Shown piece after piece: positions 27,515 through 36,854 of a DNA stretch of 47,814 bases. The notes under the pieces were generated by a model, which searched no databases, was not told the DNA's origin, and saw nothing but the letters and a program-made list of their open reading frames with translations. Source of the DNA: Salmonella phage vB_GS166; sequence record PV090993.1; one strand, 5' to 3'. The position numbers and the translations under genes were made by a program. The number at the start of each line of letters is the position of its first letter. The first letter of the stretch is position 1.

Positions 27515-27784
27515 TCAGCGGAAAGGAGTTGGGAATTTTTGTTCCGGTACTGGCTTGCCTGACTGATCATTTCCGGCAATAGTACAAGGCTTGACATTGT
27601 CCTGATAGTCATAGGTTTTTACAGTGCCGTTAAATTGGCCTTTCACACATTTGTCAATATTTCGCATTTGTGCGGTTGCGCCGTTGCTGTTACCCATTCC
27701 ACTATCATTTGCGTCTGCTGCATATGCAACAGGAGCGGATACGAAAGCGATAGCGGCCAGGACTGCAATGATTGATTTTTTCAT
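27515..27784 (-). CDS. small secreted protein (moron-like)
   Basis: signal peptide MKKSIIAVLAAIAFVSAPVAYAADA; isolated antisense gene with its own promoter. Confidence 0.75.
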   Translation of the reverse strand: MKKSIIAVLAAIAFVSAPVAYAADANDSGMGNSNGATAQMRNIDKCVKGQFNGTVKTYDYQDNVKPCTIAGNDQSGKPVPEQKFPTPFR

Positions 27785-27833
27785 AATTCATTTCCTTTTG
27801 TTTGTTAATGGTACATCTCTCTTGTGTGAGTAC

Positions 27834-27890
27834 ACTATGCGACAAAATGCCATTCGTTGCAAGTATTATTTTTAGTAAAAAGTGCTATTT
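27834..27890 (-). promoter_or_regulatory. leftward promoter TTGCAA-N17-CATAGT with a box just upstream
   Basis: -10 complement ACTATG 27834-27839, -35 27857-27862, box reverse complement AAATAGCACTTTTTACTAAAAA at 27869-27890. Confidence 0.65.
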
Positions 27891-27943
27891 GTTGTTTTCT
27901 TTTGTTCTACGGTGTTCACAACTCAATCCGGCGTAAAATCATG

Positions 27944-28029
27944 AACGTTTGCACAACAAAAAGAACAAATAAAACATCTATATAATACATACACTTAAAT
28001 AATAATTATTATTATATATCTCTATTTGT
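27944..28029. repeat. AT-rich leader repeat copy 2
   Basis: AACGTTTGCACAAC...CTATATAATACAT...AATAATTATTATTATATATCT. Confidence 0.7.
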
Positions 28030-28254
28030 ATTCTTATTGTTTCTATTGTTCTCTATGGTTTGGTGTGGTTGTATTTTTGGAATGGATTGATATCTATATA
28101 TCTCAATGTGTGTATTTATATATGGCATCTGGAGCAAATGCGTGAACAATGGAACAAGAAAACAACAATTAGTAAAATCATAAACTTACGATGTGATTTT
28201 GTTGTCAATGCTAGTTGTAAACGCATGCAAAACAAAAAGAACACACAGAGGGTA

Positions 28255-28282
28255 TTGACTACATGCAACAAAGACCTATAAT
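28255..28282 (+). promoter_or_regulatory. strong sigma70-like promoter for the recombination module
   Basis: TTGACT-N16-TATAAT, 28 nt upstream of the ATG. Confidence 0.8.
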
Positions 28283-28310
28283 GCAGACATACCAACGAGA
28301 GGATGACAAA

Positions 28311-29366
28311 ATGAGCGATTTTAAAGTTTACACATTTGACCAGTTAACCAATGATGAATATCACGATCCTAAAGGTTGGGCGGCTGAATACGTTAGCGGT
28401 TCAAGCCTGGCAGAAATCTTTGCAAGTTGTCCGGCAGCATGGAAATACAGACCACGCGAGGAAAGCAAAGCGCTTGTTTTCGGTACGCAGTCACATACCA
28501 ACTTTCAAAGCAGTGAGTTGTTCGCAAAAGAGTACCGCCGAGCGCCAGCGCCGGAAGATTACGAAAACTTAATCACAAGCCAAACGGCATTAGCCAGCAA
28601 GTTAAAATCTTTTGGCCTGACTGGTACAAGCGGGAAAACTTATCCAGATCTGATAAAGATGATGGTTGATTGCGGTGAGGAATTGAATGTTCAATGGCTC
28701 ATTGAAATGATCGCAGAAAGCCAGGCAAGAGCGGATAATGTTGAATTAGTTCCTGCCAAAGATTACGACGCTTGCGTTTCTATGCGCCGCGTACTGGAGG
28801 CCATACCAGAGCACAACGCTTGCATGAATAGCCCAACAGCGCAACGAGAATTGTCGATTTTTGGCACTATCAAAGGAGTTAAGGTAAAGGTAAGGCTTGA
28901 CCATGTTGATATTTGCAAGGATGTGCTTGGAACGGTTATTTCCGGTTATGACGGTGAAGGAAATCCGGTCTATGATACAACGCGATTTGATGAAGCGATT
29001 GTGATCACTGATTACAAAACAACGTCAAGCGCTAACCCAACAGAGTTTTCACGGCTGGCATTCAATCACGGTTACTACTTGAAAATGGCTTTGCAACATG
29101 ACCTATTCAAGAAAGCCTATCCAGAAGAAAAACGACCTGTTGTTGTTCGCTTACTGACGCAGGAAAAGAAAGATCCGTTCTTGCCGATCGCATATCGCAT
29201 GGTTGACGAACAATTGAAGATCGGACGTTTGCAGTACATGAGCGTAATAAACCAATTTGCAGTTTGCCAGGCTAATGACGTATGGCCTTCATATGCAAAC
29301 GGGGAGCCTGAAATCGATTTAGTTACTCCTGATTGGGTTCGACGCCAGTACAAAGGATTTTTATAA
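28311..29366 (+). CDS. PD-(D/E)XK nuclease-like (DUF3799/RecE-type) protein
   Basis: FDEAIVITDYKTTSSANPTEFSRLAFNHGYYLKMALQHDLF; adjacent ERF and SSB genes. Confidence 0.8.
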   Translation: MSDFKVYTFDQLTNDEYHDPKGWAAEYVSGSSLAEIFASCPAAWKYRPREESKALVFGTQSHTNFQSSELFAKEYRRAPAPEDYENLITSQTALASKLKSFGLTGTSGKTYPDLIKMMVDCGEELNVQWLIEMIAESQARADNVELVPAKDYDACVSMRRVLEAIPEHNACMNSPTAQRELSIFGTIKGVKVKVRLDHVDICKDVLGTVISGYDGEGNPVYDTTRFDEAIVITDYKTTSSANPTEFSRLAFNHGYYLKMALQHDLFKKAYPEEKRPVVVRLLTQEKKDPFLPIAYRMVDEQLKIGRLQYMSVINQFAVCQANDVWPSYANGEPEIDLVTPDWVRRQYKGFL

Positions 29367-29418
29367 ATAGCACTTTTTGCTAAAACTGCCATTCGATGCG
29401 TGTTATGATAGACGTATC
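29365..29418 (+). promoter_or_regulatory. box element
   Basis: AAATAGCACTTTTTGCTAAAAC, N17, TATGAT (29404-29409), GATGCGT/ACGTATC (one G:T pair). Confidence 0.8.
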
Positions 29419-29441
29419 AAACAACAAGAGAGGAAAGTAAA

Positions 29442-29732
29442 ATGGAAAAGCAATTCAACGAAGAAGAAATCAAAGAAGTTCAGGATCATATTGAAAAAAT
29501 TACTTCTGTTTTGGCTGTTGTTCAGCGTGAATTTTTGAAGGTAATTGATCCTAGCGAGTCTCCAGAAACTCTTGAATATGTTCGCAATGTTGCTCAAGCT
29601 TTTGATAATGTTATTCTTGCAATTTTTCAACATGAAAATAATGAGGAATATAAAGATATGCTTTATCAAGCAAGTGAAATCTTGATTCAGAATTTGATTG
29701 ATTATCACAACGAGAACAAAGAAACTCATTAA
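29442..29732 (+). CDS. hypothetical protein
   Basis: 96-aa acidic ORF preceded by AGAGAGG. Confidence 0.7.
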   Translation: MEKQFNEEEIKEVQDHIEKITSVLAVVQREFLKVIDPSESPETLEYVRNVAQAFDNVILAIFQHENNEEYKDMLYQASEILIQNLIDYHNENKETH

Positions 29733-29777
29733 TCAATAAGGCGGCGAAAGCCGCCATTACCATCAAAGAGGCAGCAA

Positions 29778-30437
29778 ATGAAATTTTCAGAGCAGAATGC
29801 TAACGTTATTAAGGCGCTATTTGAAGCGCGTAAATTATTCACTAAGGTGAAGAAAGACAAACAAAATGCTCACCTTAAAAACAGATATGCAACGCTTGAC
29901 AGCGTTCTTGATGCAATTATGCCTGGACTTACTGAAAAGTGTTTATTCTTGACTCAAGATCAGAAGGTAAGCGATGATCTAAAGTCAATGACGGTTCTTA
30001 CTCGATTCATTCACGTTGAATCAAATGAATGGGTAGAATATAGCTTCACTCTTCCAATGCAGAAATTAGATCCGCAAGGTGGCGGCTCAACAAACAGTTA
30101 CGCGAGGCGCTATGCTCTTTGCACTGCTCTTGGACTTGCAACGGCTGATGATGACGCAAACCTTGCCACCAAAACGGCGCAGGATTGGAAAAAAGATTTA
30201 GATGCTTGTGAAACACTGGAAGAATTAGCTAAGGTATACAAGGCGGCATACGCATCAAGTGACGCAGCAAACAGGCGCATTATCACAGAGCACAAGGATA
30301 AGCTAAAAGCAAAGCTTGAGATTGGTAACGCTCGCGGATTCAATCCGGCAGCGCCAGCGGCTAATGTTGCGAAAAATGAAGTTGAAAAAGAACCGCAACA
30401 GGAAGTAAAATCACAATCTATCACAGACTTTGAATAA
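29778..30437 (+). CDS. erf: ERF-family single-strand annealing recombinase
   Basis: FEARKLFTKVKKDKQNAHLKNRYATLDSVLDAI...GGGSTNSYARRYALCTALGLATADDDAN. Confidence 0.9.
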   Translation: MKFSEQNANVIKALFEARKLFTKVKKDKQNAHLKNRYATLDSVLDAIMPGLTEKCLFLTQDQKVSDDLKSMTVLTRFIHVESNEWVEYSFTLPMQKLDPQGGGSTNSYARRYALCTALGLATADDDANLATKTAQDWKKDLDACETLEELAKVYKAAYASSDAANRRIITEHKDKLKAKLEIGNARGFNPAAPAANVAKNEVEKEPQQEVKSQSITDFE

Positions 30438-30474
30438 TTAACGTGGGGCTTTATAGCCCCAATAAGGATTAAAA

Positions 30475-30900
30475 ATGCATATTATCACTGGTGAAATTCG
30501 CAAAGAGCCATTCGTAAAGCAAGGCGCAAACGGAACGTTATACATCGTTGAGCTTTCAGAATCATTTAAAGATCGTGATGGTAATAGGCAGTACACCAAC
30601 TACAAATTCTTCTTTAATGCAAAAAGCGATGGGATTAATAATTGGTATCGCGAATCTTTTCAACAAGGCAAGGTTATTTCTGTATCATGCGATAATTTGC
30701 GAATTGATAGCCAGGAATACAGCGGGAAAGTTTATAATACATTGACGTCTGCGGGCTTTGCTAATCTTCAATTCAGCCAGCGCGGGGTAGGTCAAGCACC
30801 ACAGCAACAAAGCCAGCCACGCCAGCAACAACAGCCTGGACAACAAGCGCCTCAAAACAACGAGCCACCAATGGATTTTGATGACGATATTCCATTTTGA
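30475..30900 (+). CDS. ssb: single-stranded DNA-binding protein
   Basis: MHIITGEIRKEPFVK..., Q/P-rich linker and acidic tip MDFDDDIPF. Confidence 0.88.
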   Translation: MHIITGEIRKEPFVKQGANGTLYIVELSESFKDRDGNRQYTNYKFFFNAKSDGINNWYRESFQQGKVISVSCDNLRIDSQEYSGKVYNTLTSAGFANLQFSQRGVGQAPQQQSQPRQQQQPGQQAPQNNEPPMDFDDDIPF

Positions 30901-30906
30901 TAAAAC

Positions 30907-30930
30907 AAAGCCCCGCATTGCGGGGCTTTT
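30907..30930. terminator. bidirectional terminator between convergent genes
   Basis: AAAGCCCCGC-ATT-GCGGGGCTTT. Confidence 0.88.
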
Positions 30931-30931
30931 A

Positions 30932-33034
30932 TTATTTATCTTTGTTTAAAAGTGATTTTATGTATTCAATTTCATCTCTCATTTCATCAATAGAAGATAG
31001 TGACTCCTTAAGCGACTTGTTTTCATCCTCAAGTTTTGTGATCTTCTCATCCATTTCTTTGCAGGCCTGGACAAGTAGAGCAGTTATACCGCTATAGTCA
31101 ACAGAATAGAATCTTTCCTCGCCTTGAAGTGCAGAACCGTCTTTTGTTGGCCCTTGCAAATCAACATATTTGGTAAAAGATCCAGAAGCTTCTGGCAATG
31201 AGTTTCTAACCTCCTGAGCTATAACGCCAGCGTAAGGCATACCATCTTCTTTTAGAGTATAAGTATATCCTCCAATACCTCTTATTCTTTCTATAGCATT
31301 ATCAATAACCTCTATATTTTCTTTTAGATCTCTATCAGATGTCTGATTGAATGAATGAGCATTTACAACGCCATTAACGTCAAGTTGCTTAGATAGATCT
31401 CCATTTACTTGCCCGTAAAATATCCACCCATCTTCTACAGTTCCTACCTCGGATACACTACGTCGACCATCAGGATTACCAAATGTATAATAATATGGTG
31501 TTGCTGTACCATCAACAAGAAGAGTTCCATGCCTAGTATTAAGCTTTCTAACATTGTTAGCACCAAAATTCAAATCACCGGAAAAAATAATGCTGGTAAC
31601 ATTATAAAGATATCCGTCTTCATCAAATTGTAAGTACGCATGTTTATTAGTTTCAAAGTTTGAAGATCTAATGGTAGTTTTAGATTTTCCTTCTTGATAC
31701 TCATTGTAAAATTGACTTAAACCTTTAGGAGTTCCGCCTTGAATTCTATAAAATTCAAGATTGCCGCTCCTGCCAGAATCATATTGTGTTAATTTCAAGT
31801 CTCTCAATTGAACATTATCATTCTCACGAACAATTTTAAACCATCCATACGGCCATTGACCATTTGTAAGCACAATGACGTACATGAGATTTTCTGACGA
31901 CGTTGCTTCTAAAACTCCGAATTCTGGCTTTCCTTCTTGATTCCTTAGATGTATCTTAAAATTATAAGTCCACCAACCATGACCGTCGGCAGGCTTATTA
32001 ATTACATTTTCTCCAGATGAGAAAATCCCTGATTCATTGTTTTCTATAACCCAATCAAGAATATTAGTTCCGTCTGGAATCAGTTTATAAACTGATGGAA
32101 CATTAAGTGCACGCCTGGCGTCTTTTTCATTTTTAGATCCTGTTCCTCCGGCCTCAATTTTTAACGCTTCCCACGATCCAGTATCATCACGCCATGTTCC
32201 CCATTCACCGTTTGGTCGTATTGTAATACGATAAGGAGAAATGGTAGCTGGATACATCATGGTTTCTCCTTCTGACTGCTTAAAGCGATCTAATCCAAGA
32301 TTACTCTTTGCTGTATCCTTATTTGCAAGATCTGCCAAGTTTTGATCTTTATGTAAAAGGTTTTCAGGATTAACCTGTTGTGCCCATCGTTGAGCGTCAT
32401 CGCGTGCAGTTTCAGCACCTTGTTTAGCATTTCCTGCTGCAATGTTAGATTGTTCAGCCGCGAATTGTGCGTTTTCAGCGGCATCACGCGCATCAAGAGC
32501 ATCATTTCTAATTTCGCCAATTTCAGAAACAGCACTATCCTTAATCTGTTGAGTTTGCGTTTTTATTGCGTTAATGTCTGCTTTGATCTGATTGGTTTCA
32601 TTTTTTAGTTGTTCAGTCGCCGCCTTATCAATGGCTACCTGTTGCGCATCAGCATTAACCTTATTAACCTGATCCTGAAGAGTTTTCAGATCAAAGTTTT
32701 TGAAGAATTCAATTGCTTCCTCGATAACAGTTTCTTTGCTTTGATAATAACGCAGCGTTTCCGCTACATCTTGCGCCATACCATCTACAGTTAGAGAATC
32801 ATTCAAAAGGATCACATAATTTCCGTTTGCTACTGGCTCGCCGTCAGTCTGGATCGCTTTCATTTCCGTGTCGCTTACAATATCGCTAATAACCGCCAGT
32901 TTTAAAGGTGTGGTTAAAAATACGATCGTTGCGCCAGTGCGGATAAGAGAAAGCGGCTCACGCCATTTTGTACCAGTGCCAGTGATAACGCCTTGCGCGT
33001 CCATTGCAGCCGTACCAATTCGATATAAAGCCAT
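30932..33034 (-). CDS. tail fibre/side-fibre protein with C-terminal S74 intramolecular chaperone
   Basis: 700 aa, coiled coils, C-terminal [44 protein letters not shown]. Confidence 0.92.
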   Translation of the reverse strand: MALYRIGTAAMDAQGVITGTGTKWREPLSLIRTGATIVFLTTPLKLAVISDIVSDTEMKAIQTDGEPVANGNYVILLNDSLTVDGMAQDVAETLRYYQSKETVIEEAIEFFKNFDLKTLQDQVNKVNADAQQVAIDKAATEQLKNETNQIKADINAIKTQTQQIKDSAVSEIGEIRNDALDARDAAENAQFAAEQSNIAAGNAKQGAETARDDAQRWAQQVNPENLLHKDQNLADLANKDTAKSNLGLDRFKQSEGETMMYPATISPYRITIRPNGEWGTWRDDTGSWEALKIEAGGTGSKNEKDARRALNVPSVYKLIPDGTNILDWVIENNESGIFSSGENVINKPADGHGWWTYNFKIHLRNQEGKPEFGVLEATSSENLMYVIVLTNGQWPYGWFKIVRENDNVQLRDLKLTQYDSGRSGNLEFYRIQGGTPKGLSQFYNEYQEGKSKTTIRSSNFETNKHAYLQFDEDGYLYNVTSIIFSGDLNFGANNVRKLNTRHGTLLVDGTATPYYYTFGNPDGRRSVSEVGTVEDGWIFYGQVNGDLSKQLDVNGVVNAHSFNQTSDRDLKENIEVIDNAIERIRGIGGYTYTLKEDGMPYAGVIAQEVRNSLPEASGSFTKYVDLQGPTKDGSALQGEERFYSVDYSGITALLVQACKEMDEKITKLEDENKSLKESLSSIDEMRDEIEYIKSLLNKDK

Positions 33035-33043
33035 AATTTCACC

Positions 33044-33105
33044 TCATAGCATTTTTTGTTAAAAATAAGTCATGTGATTATGCTACATCCATTTGCTACA
33101 TGCAA
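33044..33105 (-). promoter_or_regulatory. promoter TTGCAT-N17-CATAAT with a box between the -10 and the tail-fibre start codon
   Basis: -10 complement ATTATG 33077-33082, -35 complement ATGCAA 33100-33105, box TCATAGCATTTTTTGTTAAAAA 33044-33065. Confidence 0.7.
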
Positions 33106-33130
33106 TAAAAAACCCCGCATAAGCGGGGTT
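33104..33130 (-). terminator. leftward terminator after the primase gene
   Basis: reverse strand AACCCCGC-TTAT-GCGGGGTTTTTTATTG. Confidence 0.85.
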
Positions 33131-33194
33131 ACGTCAACAACAACGAGAAATAGTTAGAATTAAAAATAAAACAAGTAGCAGTGACAAAATTATA

Positions 33195-34124
33195 TTATAA
33201 CAAATCTTCTGCATTGTAAAGCCTTCGCTCTATTCCATTTTTAAAATTACCATCAACAGGAAGCATAACATCTAATTCTCTTTCGTCTGCTGCAATAATC
33301 GTTTCTTGATCATCGGCATGGCAAACAACACGCATTTTACGATCTCCTTTATACCTGTATGCGACTATTTCAAGATTTGATGCGGAGAAACAGCACCACA
33401 CTTCCTGGCCTCCAGTCGCAAGATGTATATGTTGCGCGTCAATCCAGTCAGTACAAAGATATATTGTTTTGTCAGTTTTACCTGTTACTGCAACAGATCC
33501 CCTTGTGTAATCCTTAGCGTAAAAACTGTTTTGCCCCTCCTCATTTACGAAAAGAATATTACACATTTCATCATCCAATTCATCACTATAAACCATGTAG
33601 CAAGGAATGGCGTGAATATGCTCATCATATCCACCAGGATTGATTTTTACTCCTACTTGATAAGATTCACCGTCTAACGGGTAAAACGCCTCAAAAATGC
33701 TTAGATGCGTTGCAGTCATGCTTTCTGTTTTGCTCATTACTTCCAAGCACTTTTCGTGCGGAGCTTGAGATCCGAATTTGTAACCGGAGTCACGTTTTGC
33801 CGCTTTGTTAGCCCTGTTGACAACCTCAACCGGAACCAGGTTTAACCATTCACCTAGAGTGTCGATTGCTTCACTGTAATTTTCACCACGTATCCGCATG
33901 AATAATCCGATCCCTGAATCATTCCCGCATTGGTTGCAAATGTTGCCGCCGTCGCCTTTCTCGTTGATTTTGTCAGTCCAACGAAAGCGATCTTTACCGC
34001 CGCAATAAGGGCAAGGCTGATGCTTTCCGTTAAAGGTTAATTGAGGAATATCGCAAAGTTTCATTAATGCCGCTTGCCACATGCCGCGCATCTTTGGGAT
34101 CACTTCTTCTTTTTGATAATGCAT
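33195..34124 (-). CDS. DNA primase with zinc-ribbon
   Basis: PCPYCGGKDRFRWTD...GNICNQCG, DAINETLGEWL context, VCHADDQETIIAADE Toprim-like. Confidence 0.82.
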   Translation of the reverse strand: MHYQKEEVIPKMRGMWQAALMKLCDIPQLTFNGKHQPCPYCGGKDRFRWTDKINEKGDGGNICNQCGNDSGIGLFMRIRGENYSEAIDTLGEWLNLVPVEVVNRANKAAKRDSGYKFGSQAPHEKCLEVMSKTESMTATHLSIFEAFYPLDGESYQVGVKINPGGYDEHIHAIPCYMVYSDELDDEMCNILFVNEEGQNSFYAKDYTRGSVAVTGKTDKTIYLCTDWIDAQHIHLATGGQEVWCCFSASNLEIVAYRYKGDRKMRVVCHADDQETIIAADERELDVMLPVDGNFKNGIERRLYNAEDLL

Positions 34125-34145
34125 TTCTCAACCTCCAAATAAAAA

Positions 34146-34200
34146 CCTGGCACGATGATAAACCATGCCAGGCCGTAATTTTTAGCAATCAGTGCTATCG
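34146..34200 (-). promoter_or_regulatory. leftward box element driving the primase gene
   Basis: reverse strand CGATAGCACTGATTGCTAAAAA, N18, TATCAT; CCTGGCA (34146-34152)/TGCCAGG (34166-34172). Confidence 0.8.
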
Positions 34201-34790
34201 ACGGAAATCACAACGCGTTTCTTCTGATTGGCTTCCTTTGCTTTGCGCCGTTCTTCTTTCGCCTTATCGCGTTCAGCTTTGCGCCGCGCTTTCTCCTTCT
34301 CGCGTTCTTCTGGACTCATAGACCGCAACGGATCGTAAGGCCGCACAAATCCTCTTGCTTCCGCTTCCTCTTTGGTTACAAATCGCATCAGCTTTCTGTT
34401 GCTGCAACGATTCTCTAATGGCTTGCCGTTATTATCAAATTTTATATCTGGACGGCAATATGAAGCGCGGAAGCCGTTAAAACCTTTGCGTCGGTAATCT
34501 TTCTGGATCAGTTCAGCGCCTTTAGTTGAAATCATGCCGCGCTCTTTCCATCCCCATACTGTTTTAAGGTTAACGCCTATTTCGCGAGCAAGCGCAGCAC
34601 ATCCACCATATGCATTAACCACTTCATCAAGCCGCGCTCTTAGTCCTGCTCTTACTTCATCCTTCAATACCAAGTATCCGCTTACAGGTGCGCGGCGTTT
34701 TCGGTCTTTTCCTCGGCGTACTCCATTGTTACCATTAAGTGTGCGTTTGTCGATTTCGCCTGTTGAGGCTGCAATTTTGATTTCGCTCAT
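34182..34790 (-). CDS. HTH (Cro/YdaS-like) DNA-binding protein, candidate phage regulator
   Basis: YGGCAALAREIGVNLKTVWGWKERGMIST helix-turn-helix; basic C-terminal tail; start trimmed from 34859. Confidence 0.7.
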   Translation of the reverse strand: MSEIKIAASTGEIDKRTLNGNNGVRRGKDRKRRAPVSGYLVLKDEVRAGLRARLDEVVNAYGGCAALAREIGVNLKTVWGWKERGMISTKGAELIQKDYRRKGFNGFRASYCRPDIKFDNNGKPLENRCSNRKLMRFVTKEEAEARGFVRPYDPLRSMSPEEREKEKARRKAERDKAKEERRKAKEANQKKRVVISVDSTDC

Positions 34791-34798
34791 ATTTTCAC

Positions 34799-34867
34799 CT
34801 ATAGCACTTTTTGCTAAAAAACTTGAGTAAGTTTGTGTATGATATGCCGCAAATGGCATTTAGTCAA
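34799..34867. promoter_or_regulatory. divergent promoter pair sharing one box
   Basis: + : box CTATAGCACTTTTTGCTAAAAA, N17, TATGAT (34838-34843); - : TTGACT-N17-TATCAT (34867..34839). Confidence 0.8.
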
Positions 34868-34878
34868 AAGGTTGAATA

Positions 34879-36852
34879 ATGATTCCTAATATTGAAAAGC
34901 AGATTGCCGATCTAGGAGAAGAAAAGATCAGAGCAATCCAGAAACGATTCACGGTTGGCGATATTGTCCCTTACGAATATCAATGCGTTGCGTATGTTGA
35001 GATCGCAAAGCGTCTAAGCAGATACGAACACCCATTCTTTGTTAAAGCGGCTGTATCGGCTGGCAAAACAATGATGTTTGCTATGGTTGCGGCTCAGTGT
35101 AAGAAAATGAGTTTAAAGGCTTTATTTCTTGCGCGTCAGTCTGAAATTGTCGATCAGGATTCGAAAGAAATTAGCGCCTTTGGTGTGCCTAATTCAGTTT
35201 ATTGCGCTGGCCTGAATACTAAAAGCGCATACTTTCCAATTGTTGTTGGATCGGAAGGTACTGTGATTAATGGCTTGAATAAGGCTTTGGGTGATTACGT
35301 CCCGCAAGTGTTAGGAATTGATGAATGTCATCAAGTTAACTGGAATGACATTGTGGAAGCTGAGGAAAACGGCGAAAGTATAGAGCAAATGATGACGACA
35401 AAAGGTGAACCAGTTGAAGGGAATCCGTTGCTGATTGGTACAGGCCGCGCACAATACACAATTATCATTTTTGAAATGCGCCGCCGTTGTCGTGAGGTTC
35501 ACGGTCATGAATTGCGCATATTTGGAATGACAGGGTCGGAATATCGCGGTATTGATCCAATACTGGTTGAAGACAAGCGTATCCCTGGATTCTGGCGCGA
35601 GCAGGTAACTAATATTGATACTGATTACCTTGTGAAATTCGGATCAGTTGTTCCAACGTATTTTGGTAATGTTGGTGATTTGGGTTACGACTTATCAGAA
35701 TTTACGCCAGTTCATGAATTTGGTGTTGCAGATTATGACCAGAAGCAATTAAAGGCAATGAGTGACAAGATTCACCAATCAGGAACCATGACGCAACGAA
35801 TTATGCAAATGGTTAACGAGGTAATGAAAGATCGATTATGCGCGCTTGTTACTTGTGCTGATGCTCGACACTGCAAAGAGGCTGCGGCTGCATTACCTCC
35901 AGGAACAAAATACCACATCATAACAGGGAAGACCAGAGATAAGCAGCGTAGAGAATGGCTTGAAGATGCTTACGAAGGTAGAGTGAAATACATATTCCAG
36001 GTTCAGGCGCTAACTACTGGCGTTAACATTCCGCCGTGGGATACTTCTGTTATATTGCGTAAAATAGGAAGCCTTACGCTATTAACTCAATTGCTTGGGC
36101 GTGGTATGCGTCAATTAAAAACATACCACAAAGAAGTATTGGGAATGAAAAAAACAGATCATCTTGTTTTTGACTTTTCCGGCACAATGTTTGAAATGGG
36201 TAATTTGTATTTCGATCCAATGTTAGAGCAAGCGCAATTCCAGTTACGCAAATCTCAGAACAAGGAAACTAAATATTGCCCGATATGCAATACGGAAAAT
36301 TCATTCTATGCTCGCCGTTGTATGCACATCGATGATAACGGAAATCGTTGTGAATATTTCTGGACTTACCAAACGTGTAATGATCAGATTGATGACCGCA
36401 CAAAGAAAGTCGTTGTAAAAGGTTGTTGGGCAAAAAATGACGTTGCGGCTCGTGTATGCCGTTGTTGTAACGTGCAATTACGAGATCCGAATGATAACCT
36501 ATCCGGCAAGATGTACCGTAAAAATGATTGGTGTGATGTTCTCAATTTTGAAGTAACACTCACTAAAAATAAGGCTGGCGTAATATTCTGCTACACGTTG
36601 CGTGATACTGGCGGCGTAGAATTCAGGGCGTATGAAAAGTATTTCCCTGAATCAGATCATAAAATATGCAAAACTCTTTGGACGAAAGCAGTTAGGACAC
36701 ACGTTTTAGATCGCCAGGCTGCAAACTTTATGATCACTTGCCGCAACGCTGTTAAGATCATGAGCTATGCATCACAAATCATGAAGCCGAAACGCGTTAC
36801 GCATCGCAAGAACACAAAGAAAGAAGATTTGATAGCACAGAAGGAGTTTTAA
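34879..36852 (+). CDS. DEAD/DEAH-box (SF2) helicase with zinc-finger C-terminus
   Basis: VKAAVSAGKTMMFA, LGIDECHQVNW, GMTGSEYRG, QLLGRGMRQ; CPICNTENSFYARRC. Confidence 0.88.
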   Translation: MIPNIEKQIADLGEEKIRAIQKRFTVGDIVPYEYQCVAYVEIAKRLSRYEHPFFVKAAVSAGKTMMFAMVAAQCKKMSLKALFLARQSEIVDQDSKEISAFGVPNSVYCAGLNTKSAYFPIVVGSEGTVINGLNKALGDYVPQVLGIDECHQVNWNDIVEAEENGESIEQMMTTKGEPVEGNPLLIGTGRAQYTIIIFEMRRRCREVHGHELRIFGMTGSEYRGIDPILVEDKRIPGFWREQVTNIDTDYLVKFGSVVPTYFGNVGDLGYDLSEFTPVHEFGVADYDQKQLKAMSDKIHQSGTMTQRIMQMVNEVMKDRLCALVTCADARHCKEAAAALPPGTKYHIITGKTRDKQRREWLEDAYEGRVKYIFQVQALTTGVNIPPWDTSVILRKIGSLTLLTQLLGRGMRQLKTYHKEVLGMKKTDHLVFDFSGTMFEMGNLYFDPMLEQAQFQLRKSQNKETKYCPICNTENSFYARRCMHIDDNGNRCEYFWTYQTCNDQIDDRTKKVVVKGCWAKNDVAARVCRCCNVQLRDPNDNLSGKMYRKNDWCDVLNFEVTLTKNKAGVIFCYTLRDTGGVEFRAYEKYFPESDHKICKTLWTKAVRTHVLDRQAANFMITCRNAVKIMSYASQIMKPKRVTHRKNTKKEDLIAQKEF

Positions 36853-36854
36853 TA

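Noticed and set aside
28060-28281. ORF 28060..28281
   Set aside because: Lies in the non-coding interval and overlaps the strong promoter at 28255; low-complexity, atypical composition.
31409-32794. Rightward ORFs 31409, 32378, 32609 within the tail-fibre gene
   Set aside because: Opposite a well-supported S74 fibre gene; composition atypical.
34067-34830. Rightward ORFs 34067..34321 and 34534..34830
   Set aside because: Shadows of the HTH gene and of the regulatory region; the leftward HTH ORF has the recognisable domain.
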